A stretch of 58,554 nucleotides of DNA, from sequence record SRR31156797_4653, one strand, 5' to 3'. A model generated the notes under the pieces. That model did no database searches. It worked only from the letters and a program-made list of their open reading frames with translations, and was not told where the DNA came from. The translations under genes were made by a program, and so were the position numbers. Shown piece after piece: positions 1 through 9,904 of the stretch. Numbering within the stretch: the stretch's first letter is position 1; every line of letters begins with the position of its first letter.

Positions 1-131
1 AACTTTTTAGGATCAGCTTCTTTAATCGCTTCAATTAGGTCAGCAGCAACACCAGATACAGCCTTTAAAGGCTTGTTATTTCCTCCATCGGCTTTGCCTT
101 CGGATGGTGGAATTAAGATAATAGTTTTCAT
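1..131 (-). CDS. yaaA: YaaA/DUF328 family peroxide stress protein, 5' part (runs off window start)
   Basis: Manual translation from ATG at 131: MKTIILIPPSEGKADGG..., matching the YaaA N-terminal 'ILxPPSExK' motif; open to the window edge. Confidence 0.7.
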   Translation of the reverse strand, partial: MKTIILIPPSEGKADGGNNKPLKAVSGVAADLIEAIKEADPKK

Positions 132-279
132 AAAAAAATCTTAAGAGTTTAATTCATTTAAAAAATGTCATTTATCTATAAGAAAATAAACTAACCAGTC
201 AAATGCAATTTATTTACACAAAATATTAAACTGACAGAAACAGGGGAAATAGCATGTGTAAATCGTGAGTCTTTTTTGC

Positions 280-1302
280 CTACCCTAGCGGTGCCAACAG
301 ATTATTGGGTTCATAGCTGTTGTCAAAGTTAAACTTATCTTTGGCAGAGTCATGTACGGTGTCGTTGGTCGTCATACCTATATGAATGGGCCGGATATGT
401 GGCGGGATCAGCTTGTAGAATGTTTTCCAAGAGTAATGGTGATCCTTGCTGATGATTGATTGTGTTGTCGGTGGGGGAGTTTTGAAAGCAAGGCCACAGG
501 AGATGGCTTTATTCATCATCCATTTGAGAGGAATATCCGAATAGGTTGTGTTCTTGTATCCACCGCCAACGTCAGCATGGACGCCTGCAAACCATACCTG
601 CTCAAGCACTTGCTTCCCTTTCTTTTGAGCAGATAGAGGCTGTTCCCACAGGCACGCCTTAAAATTCAATCTTTTTTCATCAATTGATAAGGCGTGATAT
701 GCGTTTGCGACTATGGAACTTAGTCCGGTGTCATGAAATTTATTCATCCGGCTCAAGGGACTGTTGCTCCATAGCGGGTTGCCCAGTGCGCCGACAGTAT
801 CCCACACACCGATAAAGTGGATTGGTGAAATATCCTCTACTGAGTACTGCTCGCGAAATGCTTTAGCTTTCTCACCACTGGGGCGATCATCCTCATCTGA
901 TGAGCGATACAGTTTGAAGGCTTTTTTTACTAATCTTTTATTCTCATATGGAGCTGATGTCCTTTTCAGTATTCCACAATTGCGAATCATTCCAGCCAGA
1001 CTGCGGACCGTGTATGCACCGCGGCTGAATCCGAACAGATATATCTGATCCCCTTTATCAAACTCATCCATGAGGCCGGCATAGACATCCCTGATATTCT
1101 TAGACATCCCAGTCCCCGTTGCTCCTTCAAAGCACCGCCTGAGCTTGTTTCCCGAAGTCCCGATACCTGCATCATAAATGTATTTTTGAAGCGCATTGCC
1201 GTTTTTATTGCTTAGGGCATCACGCACTTTAACCACATTTGTTGTGTGTTTAGCATCGGCGGAATTCCAAGTGCCATCACAAAGAACAATGATTTTTTTC
1301 AT
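280..1302 (-). CDS. DUF2235 (Tle1-like) alpha/beta hydrolase
   Basis: Motifs CDGTWN, GFSRGA, GVWDTVG, WFAGVHADVGGG. Confidence 0.9.
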   Translation of the reverse strand: MKKIIVLCDGTWNSADAKHTTNVVKVRDALSNKNGNALQKYIYDAGIGTSGNKLRRCFEGATGTGMSKNIRDVYAGLMDEFDKGDQIYLFGFSRGAYTVRSLAGMIRNCGILKRTSAPYENKRLVKKAFKLYRSSDEDDRPSGEKAKAFREQYSVEDISPIHFIGVWDTVGALGNPLWSNSPLSRMNKFHDTGLSSIVANAYHALSIDEKRLNFKACLWEQPLSAQKKGKQVLEQVWFAGVHADVGGGYKNTTYSDIPLKWMMNKAISCGLAFKTPPPTTQSIISKDHHYSWKTFYKLIPPHIRPIHIGMTTNDTVHDSAKDKFNFDNSYEPNNLLAPLG

Positions 1303-1576
1303 AGCAAGCTCCTATTGCGGCAGAGAAAAAGTAATTATTGGTATGTGAATAGTAGTCATATTAATTTTAGATTAAGTGTGCTTCGAAGTCTATATATGAT
1401 CGATACGTTTGAGTGATTTTTTAACTGTAATGGATGTTTTTCGGGGGCGGGAATTTTTTCTCAGCTGGGGAACCGGGGATTGCATAAGGCGATGTAGTTC
1501 TCCCCACCACATCCTCTTGTCCTACATTTATTCATTGTGTAATTGGGAATAGTGTCAGGCTTTAAATGCCAGTTTC

Positions 1577-3400
1577 ATGTCTAATATTTTGCCTGTAATT
1601 ACTATTAGTGGGGTGTTGGTAGTGAGTCATGGTCTGGGATCTCAGGTGAGAAAGGGGCAGGTTAACTATTTATTCCTGTTTGCAGTCATTTTCTTTGTCC
1701 TGCTCAGCGGTGCAGTACTGACAGTTTATTATAATCGACAGGCCATACAGCATACGGCTAATGAGCGGCTTAATCTTTATGAAAATGTGCTTCGGTTACA
1801 GCTGGATAAATACAACTATCTGCCGTTTTTGGTGGCCGAGAGTACCGAAATTAAAGATTTGTTTGCAGGATATGGGACAAGGGAGCGGGTTAATCGTTAT
1901 TTGCAGGAAGTAAATACAAAGGCCGGCGCTACTGCAGTGTTCCTGCTGGACTCAAAAGGTGTGGTTATCTGTTCCAGCAATTGGAATGAAGAAAATGCAT
2001 ATGTTGGTCTGGACTTGTCTTTTCGTCCATATTTCAAATCTTCCATCAGGGGAGAAGGGAAGAATTTTTACGGGGTGGGTTTTGCTGCGGAAAAGCCGGG
2101 ATATTATATCTCATGCCCGGTAGTACTGGATGGGATCACTAAGGGCGTTTCGGTTGCGAAAATAGACCTTTCTCGTCTTCAGAATGTCTGGATGGAGGGA
2201 GGGGAGAACCTGTTTATTACCAATTCCGACGACATAATCATTCTCTCCAGCCGTCCAGAGTGGCGTTACCATACACTTAAACCGCTTTCTCCGGAAACCA
2301 TGCATGCCATTCAGGAGGGAGGACAGTTTCCTGAACCCAGCCTCCGTCAACTTGATTTACATACATTTTTTGCAGATTCATTTGGGTTGATTCGAATCAA
2401 TGGGGATTTCTTTTTGAAGTCATCGCGCAAAATCAAAGGGGTGGATTGGACTATAAGCTACCTTTTCGGAGCAAAACCGGTTCTGGAAAGGGTTACTTTT
2501 GCCGTCCTTGTTATATTTGCTTTTGTCGGGGCAACCCTCGTGGTCAGAATGTTTTTCAGGGAAAAGCGGCTTAAGGAATTGTCTTTGCGTCAAGCTGAAG
2601 AAGCATACAAAATCAGGTTGATGAATATGCAGCTTGCGGCGGAAGTGGAGGAAAGAGAACGGACCGAGAAAGAACTGCGCGCAGCTCAGAAGGAATTGAT
2701 AGAAGCTGGAAAACTGGCTGCTTTGGGAGAGATGGCAACGGCAGTTGCCCATGAATTGAATCAACCTATTTCTGCTCTTAAAATGTATATCGCCAGTTGC
2801 CGACTGATGCTTGAGCAGAGTCATACTGATGAGCTTGATTCCACCCTGCTGAGCGTGCTTGGCATAAGTGATCGAATGGCCAAAGTCACAGGACAGCTTA
2901 AGGATTACGCCCGGAAGTCCGGAGATTCGGCGATCGTTTTTAGTGTCAGGGTTGCGGTTGATGAGACATTGAGCCTCATGCGCCACCAGTTTGAACATGA
3001 GTCCTGTGATGTGGAGCTTGTTTTTTCTAATCCTGATTTAGCGGTAGCTGGTGATAAAGGTCGTTTTGAGCAGGTTATCATCAATCTTTTGCGTAATGCC
3101 CTTGATGCAATGGCGAAGCAGCATGGGAAGATTATAAGGATTGATGTTTCTCAAGAGGGGGAGTCGGTAGTAATCAGCGTTTCCGATAACGGTCCGGGGT
3201 TTGATCCTGAGGTTGAAGCAAATATTTTCGAGCCTTTTGTTACAACCAAGGAAGATGGTGTCGGTCTTGGACTGTCCATTTCCTATAAAACAATCAGGGA
3301 GATGGGGGGAAGAATGTGGGCTAAAAGTCGTCCTGAAGGTGGTGGTGTCTTCTTTTTGAAATTGCCGTTAAAACTGAATTCGGAGGAGTTGAATGGTTGA
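1577..3400 (+). CDS. dctB: DctB-type C4-dicarboxylate sensor histidine kinase (true start may be GTG near 1646)
   Basis: Two TM segments flanking a Cache domain (SFRPYF); H-box AHELNQP; N/G boxes NLLRNALDA, DNGPG, GVGLGL. Confidence 0.85.
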   Translation: MSNILPVITISGVLVVSHGLGSQVRKGQVNYLFLFAVIFFVLLSGAVLTVYYNRQAIQHTANERLNLYENVLRLQLDKYNYLPFLVAESTEIKDLFAGYGTRERVNRYLQEVNTKAGATAVFLLDSKGVVICSSNWNEENAYVGLDLSFRPYFKSSIRGEGKNFYGVGFAAEKPGYYISCPVVLDGITKGVSVAKIDLSRLQNVWMEGGENLFITNSDDIIILSSRPEWRYHTLKPLSPETMHAIQEGGQFPEPSLRQLDLHTFFADSFGLIRINGDFFLKSSRKIKGVDWTISYLFGAKPVLERVTFAVLVIFAFVGATLVVRMFFREKRLKELSLRQAEEAYKIRLMNMQLAAEVEERERTEKELRAAQKELIEAGKLAALGEMATAVAHELNQPISALKMYIASCRLMLEQSHTDELDSTLLSVLGISDRMAKVTGQLKDYARKSGDSAIVFSVRVAVDETLSLMRHQFEHESCDVELVFSNPDLAVAGDKGRFEQVIINLLRNALDAMAKQHGKIIRIDVSQEGESVVISVSDNGPGFDPEVEANIFEPFVTTKEDGVGLGLSISYKTIREMGGRMWAKSRPEGGGVFFLKLPLKLNSEELNG

Positions 3401-4757
3401 TGTGATCATCATTGATGACGAGGAATCTGTCCGGGAATCAGCTCGTCAGTGGCTTAAACTTTCAGGATTTTCCGTCAAAACCCATTCTAAGGCATCTGAA
3501 GCTTTGAAGGAAATTTCATCAGAATTCCCAGGTGTTGTTGTCTCTGATGTGAAAATGCCCGGCATAGACGGTCTTGAGCTGCAAAAAACAATCTTGGCTG
3601 TTGATCCCGGAATTCCGGTGGTTCTTTTTACCGGACATGGTGACATTGCAATGGCTGTTAAAGCTATTCGGGACGGGGCTTATGATTTTGTGGAAAAGCC
3701 TTTTGAGCCTGACAGGATACTGGGGATTATCAACCGTGCTCTTGAAAAGAGGCGTTTGGTACTTGAAAATCGCGCTCTTCGTATGGATAAACAGCGGGAT
3801 ATCGGACTTGAGTCCAAGTTGATTGGAAATAGTGGGGTGATGCGTGAGCTTAAGTCTGAAATTGCCAATATCGCTACTACTCCTGCAAATGTACTGATCT
3901 ACGGTCCCACCGGTACCGGGAAAGAGGTTATTGCCCGGGCAATTCATGAGATGAGCGGAGTATCCGGCGGACCGTATATCGCTTTGAACTGTGCTGCCAT
4001 TCCTGTGGCAATGGCTGAGAGTGAAATGTTCGGTCATAAGCCCGGAGCCTTTACAAGTGCTCAAGGACCTAGAATAGGTAAACTGGAAGCTGCTAATGGT
4101 GGGACTCTTTTTCTTGATGAATTGAACAGTATGCCCCTTGATGTGCAAGGTAAACTGCTTAGAGCCCTTGAGTGCAAAGAGGTGACTCCGTTGGGCAGCA
4201 ACAGGAGCAGGGCGGTTGAGTTCAGACTTGTCTCCGCCATGAATGAACCCCCTGCAGAAGCCATACGAAACGGGCGATTGCGCGAGGATCTTTTTTTCCG
4301 ATTAAATACGGTTGAACTGGTTGCTCCGCCACTCAGCGAACGCAGGGATGATATTCCGCTTCTTTTTTCTTACTTTATGGAACGGGCTGCTGAGACTTGG
4401 GAAAAACCGGCTCCCCCCCTTCCTTCAGAAAGCCGTGCAGACCTGATGGCTTACAGTTGGCCCGGCAACGTGCGCGAACTTAAAAATATTGCTGAACGGT
4501 ATGTGCTGTCATCTCTGCCTCCAAGAAGCAGACTCTCTAAAATTTTATCCAGTAGCAGTGCCGATAGGGGATCTTCGGCAATTCCATTGAAAGATCAGGT
4601 TAATCTTTTTGAAAGGCAACTTATCAAGGAATCGCTACGCCGCAATAATGGGAATATAAAGACTGTATTGGCCGAGCTTATGATCCCCCGCAGAACCCTT
4701 AATGAGAAAATGTCCAAATTTAATCTCAAGCGCTCCAAGTCTTCCGACAATTCCTGA
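3393..4757 (+). CDS. dctD: DctD-type sigma54-dependent response regulator
   Basis: Receiver (SDVKMPG), Walker A GPTGTGKE, GAFTSA loop, WPGNVRELKN, C-terminal HTH; overlaps kinase stop. Confidence 0.9.
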   Translation: MVDVIIIDDEESVRESARQWLKLSGFSVKTHSKASEALKEISSEFPGVVVSDVKMPGIDGLELQKTILAVDPGIPVVLFTGHGDIAMAVKAIRDGAYDFVEKPFEPDRILGIINRALEKRRLVLENRALRMDKQRDIGLESKLIGNSGVMRELKSEIANIATTPANVLIYGPTGTGKEVIARAIHEMSGVSGGPYIALNCAAIPVAMAESEMFGHKPGAFTSAQGPRIGKLEAANGGTLFLDELNSMPLDVQGKLLRALECKEVTPLGSNRSRAVEFRLVSAMNEPPAEAIRNGRLREDLFFRLNTVELVAPPLSERRDDIPLLFSYFMERAAETWEKPAPPLPSESRADLMAYSWPGNVRELKNIAERYVLSSLPPRSRLSKILSSSSADRGSSAIPLKDQVNLFERQLIKESLRRNNGNIKTVLAELMIPRRTLNEKMSKFNLKRSKSSDNS

Positions 4758-4792
4758 ATTTTTTCTCCATCCTGAACTAGTTTATTAATGAC

Positions 4793-4834
4793 AAGCAAAA
4801 AACGGACTGGATAAAAACAATCCGTTTTTTGCTT
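4793..4834. terminator. Hairpin terminator after dctD
   Basis: AAGCAAAAAACGGA ... TCCGTTTTTTGCTT inverted repeat. Confidence 0.6.
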
Positions 4835-4845
4835 TCTGCTTTTTT

Positions 4846-4895
4846 TGAGCAATATTCCGCCGACGAAAAATGAAGTTTAGGCGGTTTTTTGCCGA
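4846..4895 (+). promoter_or_regulatory. Tandem candidate upstream activator sites for DctD
   Basis: 18-mers TGAGCAATATTCCGCCGA (4846) and TAGGCGGTTTTTTGCCGA (4878), 32 bp apart, upstream of a sigma54 promoter; resemble DctD-type GCG-N-CGC boxes. Confidence 0.5.
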
Positions 4896-4953
4896 TCGTG
4901 AATTGCTTGGTGAGAAAAAGTGTATTTTGATAGGTGGTTATGTTTTGTCCTAT

Positions 4954-4969
4954 TGGCATGTCCATTGCT
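4954..4969 (+). promoter_or_regulatory. sigma54 (-24/-12) promoter of the DASS transporter
   Basis: TGGCAT-GTCCA-TTGCT with GG and GC 12 nt apart, next to a sigma54 activator gene. Confidence 0.8.
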
Positions 4970-5067
4970 CAAAGATTTCCCAAAAAGCGAGGTGCTGTAA
5001 ATCGTAAAAATGGATGTCCGGAATAAATCCGGTATTGCGATGCCGGGACAAAACAGTTGAGGTTTGT

Positions 5068-6600
5068 ATGAATGAAGAGTTCGGTAAATCTAAAGTTTTT
5101 GGTTATATTGTAGGTCCGGGGCTATTTCTGGCAATGTTGTTCATGCCCCCCCCGGGGGATATGTCACCCTCCGCATGGAAAGTGGCAGCCATAACCGTGC
5201 TCATGGCAATCTGGTGGGTCACTGAAGCCATCCCCATACCGGCTACTTCTCTTCTGCCTATTATACTGTTTCCTATTATGGGTATTATGCCTTCCTCCGC
5301 GGCCACCCTGCCGTATGCCAACCATTTGATTTATCTTTTCATGGCCGGCTTTTTCTTGGCTGTGACTATGGAAAAATGGAACCTACATCGCAGGGTGGCC
5401 GTTTATACCATTAAAATGGTTGGCACCAGCCCTGCAAAGATGGTTCTAGGATTCATGCTGGCTACCGCTGTTCTTTCCATGTGGGTTTCAAATACCGCCA
5501 CGACCATGATGATGGTGCCCATAGGACTGGCTGTAATCAAACAGTCCCTCGGGTTCGATTCCTCCGACCTGAAAGCCTGTCCTTCGACCGGGCCTGAATA
5601 TAATTTCGGAAAGTGTCTTATGCTGGGCATTGCTTACTCTGCATCCATCGGAGGGATGGCAACTATTATCGGCTCTCCTCCAAATACAGTCATGGTTGGT
5701 ATGGTGGAAAAGATGTTCGGCGTCCAGATTGGTTTTGGGCAGTGGATGCTGTTCGGGGTTCCTTTTTCATCTGTCATGCTAATTGTTTGCTGGCTTCTGC
5801 TTGTCTGGGTTCTGTTTCCGGTAAAGGATCTTTCCCTTGGAGGCGGGGTCAATATTCTTGATGAAGAGTTGGAAAAGCTTGGTCCCATGAAGAAGGAAGA
5901 AAAGTATATAATGGTTGTCGGCTTGATCATGGCCACTTTTTGGCTGTCACGGGGATTTCTGAAGCGAGTTGATTTCATCCATGAATTCTGGCCTCATTTT
6001 AATTATGTACATGATGCTACTATAGGTATTTTGGGTTCACTCCTTTTATTCATAATCCCTTCGGATATTAAGAAAGGTGAATTTTTGCTGGATTGGAAAA
6101 CAGCGGTAAAAATACCTTGGGATGTAATAATTCTTTTTGGTGGAGGTCTTGCCATAGCCAACGGCTTTGCCAAAACCGGACTCGCCTCACACATTGCCAG
6201 TCAGTTGATGCTGCTTGAAGGGATGAATATAGTTCTTTTTGTCGGAGCAGTGGTCTGCCTGACCATTATCCTGACTGAAACTACTTCTAACACCGCAACC
6301 GCAACTCTGCTGATTCCCATTATGGCTTCTGCTGCAATAGCAATGGGAGTACATCCGTTCGCAACAATCATAAGTGCCTGCGTTGCCTCCTCCTGTGCGT
6401 TTATCCTTCCTGTTGCAACACCTCCTAATGCCGTTGTTTACAGTTCCGGCTGTATCAGTCTTGGTCAGATGGCCAGGGCCGGATCTGTGCTTGATTTAAC
6501 CGGAGCCATATTCATTACTGTGATGGTGGTATTTCTTTTACCCATACTTTGGGGAATCAACCTTATGGAGCTCCCTGCCTGGGCTGTTATGCCGAAATAA
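5068..6600 (+). CDS. SLC13/DASS family sodium:dicarboxylate symporter
   Basis: [31 protein letters not shown] motifs; many TM helices; GAGG before ATG 5068. Confidence 0.92.
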   Translation: MNEEFGKSKVFGYIVGPGLFLAMLFMPPPGDMSPSAWKVAAITVLMAIWWVTEAIPIPATSLLPIILFPIMGIMPSSAATLPYANHLIYLFMAGFFLAVTMEKWNLHRRVAVYTIKMVGTSPAKMVLGFMLATAVLSMWVSNTATTMMMVPIGLAVIKQSLGFDSSDLKACPSTGPEYNFGKCLMLGIAYSASIGGMATIIGSPPNTVMVGMVEKMFGVQIGFGQWMLFGVPFSSVMLIVCWLLLVWVLFPVKDLSLGGGVNILDEELEKLGPMKKEEKYIMVVGLIMATFWLSRGFLKRVDFIHEFWPHFNYVHDATIGILGSLLLFIIPSDIKKGEFLLDWKTAVKIPWDVIILFGGGLAIANGFAKTGLASHIASQLMLLEGMNIVLFVGAVVCLTIILTETTSNTATATLLIPIMASAAIAMGVHPFATIISACVASSCAFILPVATPPNAVVYSSGCISLGQMARAGSVLDLTGAIFITVMVVFLLPILWGINLMELPAWAVMPK

Positions 6601-6620
6601 GATGTTGATTTCCTAATTAT

Positions 6621-6659
6621 TGTCAAAGCCGGAGAATTCCCTCTTCTTCGGCTTTGACA
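6621..6659. terminator. Hairpin terminator between convergent units
   Basis: TGTCAAAGCCGGAGAA / TTCTTCGGCTTTGACA inverted repeat. Confidence 0.7.
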
Positions 6660-7408
6660 GCCATTACGAGTATCGTTAGCCCTGTTTTTTCTGTCCAGGA
6701 CACAGATATTGCCATCCTTGTGCCAGCACTGGTTGCAGAAGATACAACGCGGACGGTTTTGGTCTCCTTTTAGCCATCTGGCTGGTTGTGATGGTTCGCT
6801 GTGCAGGGTGCGGGAAAGACCGAAGCCAAACAGGTGCGTAGCATTGAGAATGTTAGTGAGCAGTTCGGGGCTGCGATTACCTCCGGTCATAAAGACAGGG
6901 ACCGATACTGCGGTGGCAATCTGGTCCGCTTCGTTGCGAAAGTATGATTGGTTTTCTTTCCTGAGGATACCTTTTCGCATCTGACTGGTGCTCCAGTCAG
7001 AGGAAATGTGGCCCCCGGAAAGCTCAATGCCTGATATGCCGTGTTTCTCCAGTTCGCGGGTCACGTAGAGGCTTTCCTCCAGGGTGAAGCCAGCCTTGTC
7101 CATGAAGTCGGAGCAGTGCATCTTGATGAGCACCGGATATGAATCGCCCACTTGTGACCGAATAGTTTTCAGGGTCTCCAGAATGATGCGTACTCTGTTC
7201 TCGATGGAGCCACCGTATTCGTCAGTGCGGCGGTTGAAATACGGGGTCAGGAACTGGCTGAAAAGGTAGCCGTGGGAGTCACGCCGAAGACAGGGTCTTT
7301 TACGGAGGACGGCCCCCAGATTGTTCTTTCTCCCACATTGTAATCTGTTTGTGAGCCGCCGTAGCACCCCTGCATGATGATGGGGGTGTTCAGCTCATGC
7401 ATGCGGGT
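6660..7408 (-). pseudogene. NADH:flavin oxidoreductase (old yellow enzyme) pseudogene: 5' truncated, internally deleted and frameshifted
   Basis: One frame reads [20 protein letters not shown]...[15 protein letters not shown] (~7408-7275), then another frame reads [22 protein letters not shown]...CIFCNQC; the segment between them in intact OYEs is missing; no stop before the terminator hairpin. Confidence 0.85.
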
Positions 7409-7449
7409 TTTACGTTGAACTCCACATAAAATACCAAGTGCTTAGACAT
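7390..7449 (-). pseudogene. 5' remnant of a small gene, possibly ABM/quinol monooxygenase family, fused into the OYE remnant
   Basis: AGAAGGA RBS then ATG 7449: [19 protein letters not shown]; 'VEFxVKP' resembles the ABM first strand. Confidence 0.45.
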
Positions 7450-7467
7450 AATTTTTTTCCTTCTTTG

Positions 7468-7492
7468 TGAGGCGGGCATTACACCCGCCTCA
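7468..7492. terminator. Intergenic GC-rich hairpin
   Basis: TGAGGCGGG-cattaca-CCCGCCTCA. Confidence 0.45.
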
Positions 7493-7514
7493 TGATTTCA
7501 ATGGCGTGAAGGGC

Positions 7515-7847
7515 TTATTTGCCGCTCAGGTAGTTGTAACTGTCGTCAGACTTGTCGCGCTTTCCGCGATATTTGTCGTCAAACTTGTCGCTCCAAACAG
7601 CTGTGGCGTCCTGATTCTGGTTCCAGTCGAAAATGGTGGTGCGGTGCATGATCCGCCACTCGTCATTGCGCTTTTCAAGCTTGAAGCTGTGGCGTCCGCC
7701 AAGAATGCCTTCCTTGTCCACGCCGTCCTCCCAGTAGCAGGACTTCATAAGTTCGCCGTCCATCCGGTCAAGGGAACGGGCGTGACGGTACATGAGCTGT
7801 TCGATTTCCTGGCGGTCCCATACAAGTTCTAATTTTTTGGAATCCAT
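7515..7847 (-). pseudogene. SnoaL-like/NTF2 family gene, apparently with an in-frame internal deletion
   Basis: N-terminal DRQEIEQLMYRHARSLDRMD..YWEDG joins directly to C-terminal GGRH..LEKRNDEWRIMHR..DWN; only 110 aa and the central strands appear absent. Confidence 0.65.
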
Positions 7848-7968
7848 GTTTTCCTTCTTTGTTTTGCGGCCACTGAATCACTTTTGGATTAAGGTGGGCC
7901 ATTGTTTTATTTTAAATTAAAATGAATGCCAGTGGCATTGTTTTGTTACTTGCATCTATTGTTTTTTT

Positions 7969-7984
7969 TGGAATGGTCGTTACA
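7969..7984. promoter_or_regulatory. Candidate TetR operator 3 (upstream of SnoaL-like gene)
   Basis: TGGAATGGTCGTTACA, similar to the boxes at 10601 and 11251. Confidence 0.6.
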
Positions 7985-8007
7985 GAATTGTGTAAATAAA
8001 TATGCTG

Positions 8008-8661
8008 CTATTTTGCCTTCAAAGCCCGCACAGCCTTGAGTGTTTCTTCCGGCTCAGTACGAACAGTGTAATCTGGATCCACATCGGCGGCACGAATTAC
8101 TCTGTCCTGCCCAATGAGAAAACGACTTGGCATGGGCAATGTCCACGAAACGTCCCCATTGATTCTTTCGAGGTCGACATTGAAAGAGAGCATAACCTGT
8201 CTCAATTCTTCCGAAGTAGAGAAGCGGGTGCCGAATTTGTTTGCCACTTCGTTGCCAAGGTCATTCAATATTTCAAAGCCAAGCTTGGAGTTACGGACAA
8301 CCTGACGGTTAAACGGTAGTTGTTGGGGGGAAATGGCAAGAACCGTAGCTCCCTCTGCTTCGAATTTGGGCAATGTTTCATTAAGAGCTTCCAGCTCTTT
8401 GAGGCAGTAAGGTCACCATTGGCCCCTGAAGAATGTTACAACAACTGGCCCGTTGGCGAGGGTCGAAGCTAGTGACACAGCATGTTTTTCAGTGTCAAGA
8501 AGTGTGAAATCGGGGACGGTATCGCCAACTTTTAGCACTGTTTCCATTATGCCGGAATTGCGCAGTTGTTCCTTGGCATCATGCATGATCTTAATGATCT
8601 CGGCGGGCGCAGTCTGCTCAAACTGCTCCTTGATGCCTTTAAGGGTGGTCTTCAGACTCAT
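8008..8661 (-). CDS. Selenocysteine-containing peroxiredoxin-like (AhpC/TSA family) protein, 217 aa, Sec83 in UPYC
   Basis: ORFs 8413-8661 and 8008-8373 are one frame split by TGA at 8415-8413: FFRGQW-U-PYCLKELEAL, i.e. at the first Cys of FxRGxWCPYC; SECIS-like hairpin follows. Confidence 0.92.
8383..8399 (-). promoter_or_regulatory. Bacterial SECIS candidate
   Basis: AAGAGCT-GGA-AGCTCTT starting 13 nt after the UGA. Confidence 0.8.
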
Positions 8662-8775
8662 GAGCTTAATCTCCTATGGTTTGCTTTGGGCATTCTGGCG
8701 TGCTTACCAGAATACTGTTTCCGCCTTTGTGATTTCCCGTTCTTATGCGATTAGTACGAAAAAATGAACTCAGGT

Positions 8776-9879
8776 TCACTGTTGTTTGAAGTTCTTTTTT
8801 TCCTTAGCGAGTTTAACTGCACAGTGCACAGCTTCTCCTGTCATCAGCGGCTTGAAGCAGCTGTTGCACGACTTACAAAAGGCCTTTTCTTTGTTGCCGG
8901 ATTTCCAGCGCTTGATCAGATCAGGTTCGGCTATCAGGGGGCGGGAAAGTGAAACGTAGTCTGCTATACCTTCATCAAGAACAGCCTCGGCTACCTCAGG
9001 GGAGCGCACGCCGCCTACCATGATCACCGGGACTGTAAGCTGTTCTTTGTAATAGGCAGCCTGTTTTTTGTGATAGGCTTCCTTCTCGTTCTTGTTGATG
9101 CCGATGCGGGCAATGTCTCCGCCTAATCCGCCTGACACTTCCACCGCATCAATGCCCGCAGCAACAAACTGCTTTGTCGCTTCCAAGGAGTCTTCCAGAG
9201 TTACTCCGTCTTCAACGAAATCGTCACTATTGATTTTTATCAGCAAAGGGTAGTCCGGTCCCACTGCATTTCGGGTGGCCTTTATGGTTTCCGAAATGAA
9301 CCTGATGCGTTTTTCAAGAGTTCCGCCAAATTCGTCGCTACGGCGATTGTCTCTCGGAGACAGCACTTGATGAAGGAAGTAGCCGTGGGAAATGTGGAAT
9401 TGAACGGCGTCATAGCCTGCCCTTTTAGACCTGACAGCGGACTCAACAAATGCTTCGCCGATGCGTTTAAAGTCAGCGGCATCCATTTCCTTTATGTCGT
9501 CGCCCATGGTGCTGTCCTTGGAAACAGCCAGTACGGTATGTCCGGTCAGGGCTCTACTGGTCATTTTTCCGTTATGGAACAACTGGATGGCGATCTTGCT
9601 GCCAGCTTCATGTACTGCTTCGGTAGCACGGCGATGGTCCGCAATTTGTGCCTCATCGTAGATCCCGGTGACATGCGGTGCACCTCCTTCAGGTGAAACG
9701 GCAACCGACCCGGTAATGATCAGCCCGACGCCGCCTTCGGCCAGTTCGATAAAGGTCTTGATGTGATGCTCGGAGACTTCGCCATTCGGCAAAACCGCCC
9801 CTTCCGCTGTGGCCGAACGGATGAATCTATTCGGTAGTTCCAGCGAATTAATGATCGTTTTTTCAAACATGATACTCAT
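8776..9879 (-). CDS. NADH:flavin oxidoreductase / old yellow enzyme family
   Basis: NRFIRSAT, GGVGLIITG, HISHGYFLHQ, NRRSDEFGG, SRPLIAEPD, C-terminal CKSCNSC; start taken at MSIMFEK. Confidence 0.92.
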   Translation of the reverse strand: MSIMFEKTIINSLELPNRFIRSATAEGAVLPNGEVSEHHIKTFIELAEGGVGLIITGSVAVSPEGGAPHVTGIYDEAQIADHRRATEAVHEAGSKIAIQLFHNGKMTSRALTGHTVLAVSKDSTMGDDIKEMDAADFKRIGEAFVESAVRSKRAGYDAVQFHISHGYFLHQVLSPRDNRRSDEFGGTLEKRIRFISETIKATRNAVGPDYPLLIKINSDDFVEDGVTLEDSLEATKQFVAAGIDAVEVSGGLGGDIARIGINKNEKEAYHKKQAAYYKEQLTVPVIMVGGVRSPEVAEAVLDEGIADYVSLSRPLIAEPDLIKRWKSGNKEKAFCKSCNSCFKPLMTGEAVHCAVKLAKEKKNFKQQ

Positions 9880-9904
9880 GATGCATTCCCCTATTTGGTC
9901 TGCG

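Noticed and set aside
6465-7367. 300-aa track ORF as an intact oxidoreductase
   Set aside because: Its first ~30 residues are an out-of-frame read of the upstream OYE remnant, and its tail runs through the terminator into the convergent transporter; treated as a pseudogene
7390-7392. TGA after MSKHLV...ACMS as a sixth Sec codon
   Set aside because: It arises after an apparent deletion junction, is not at a recognisable catalytic Cys position, and has no GG-loop hairpin at the spacing of the other five
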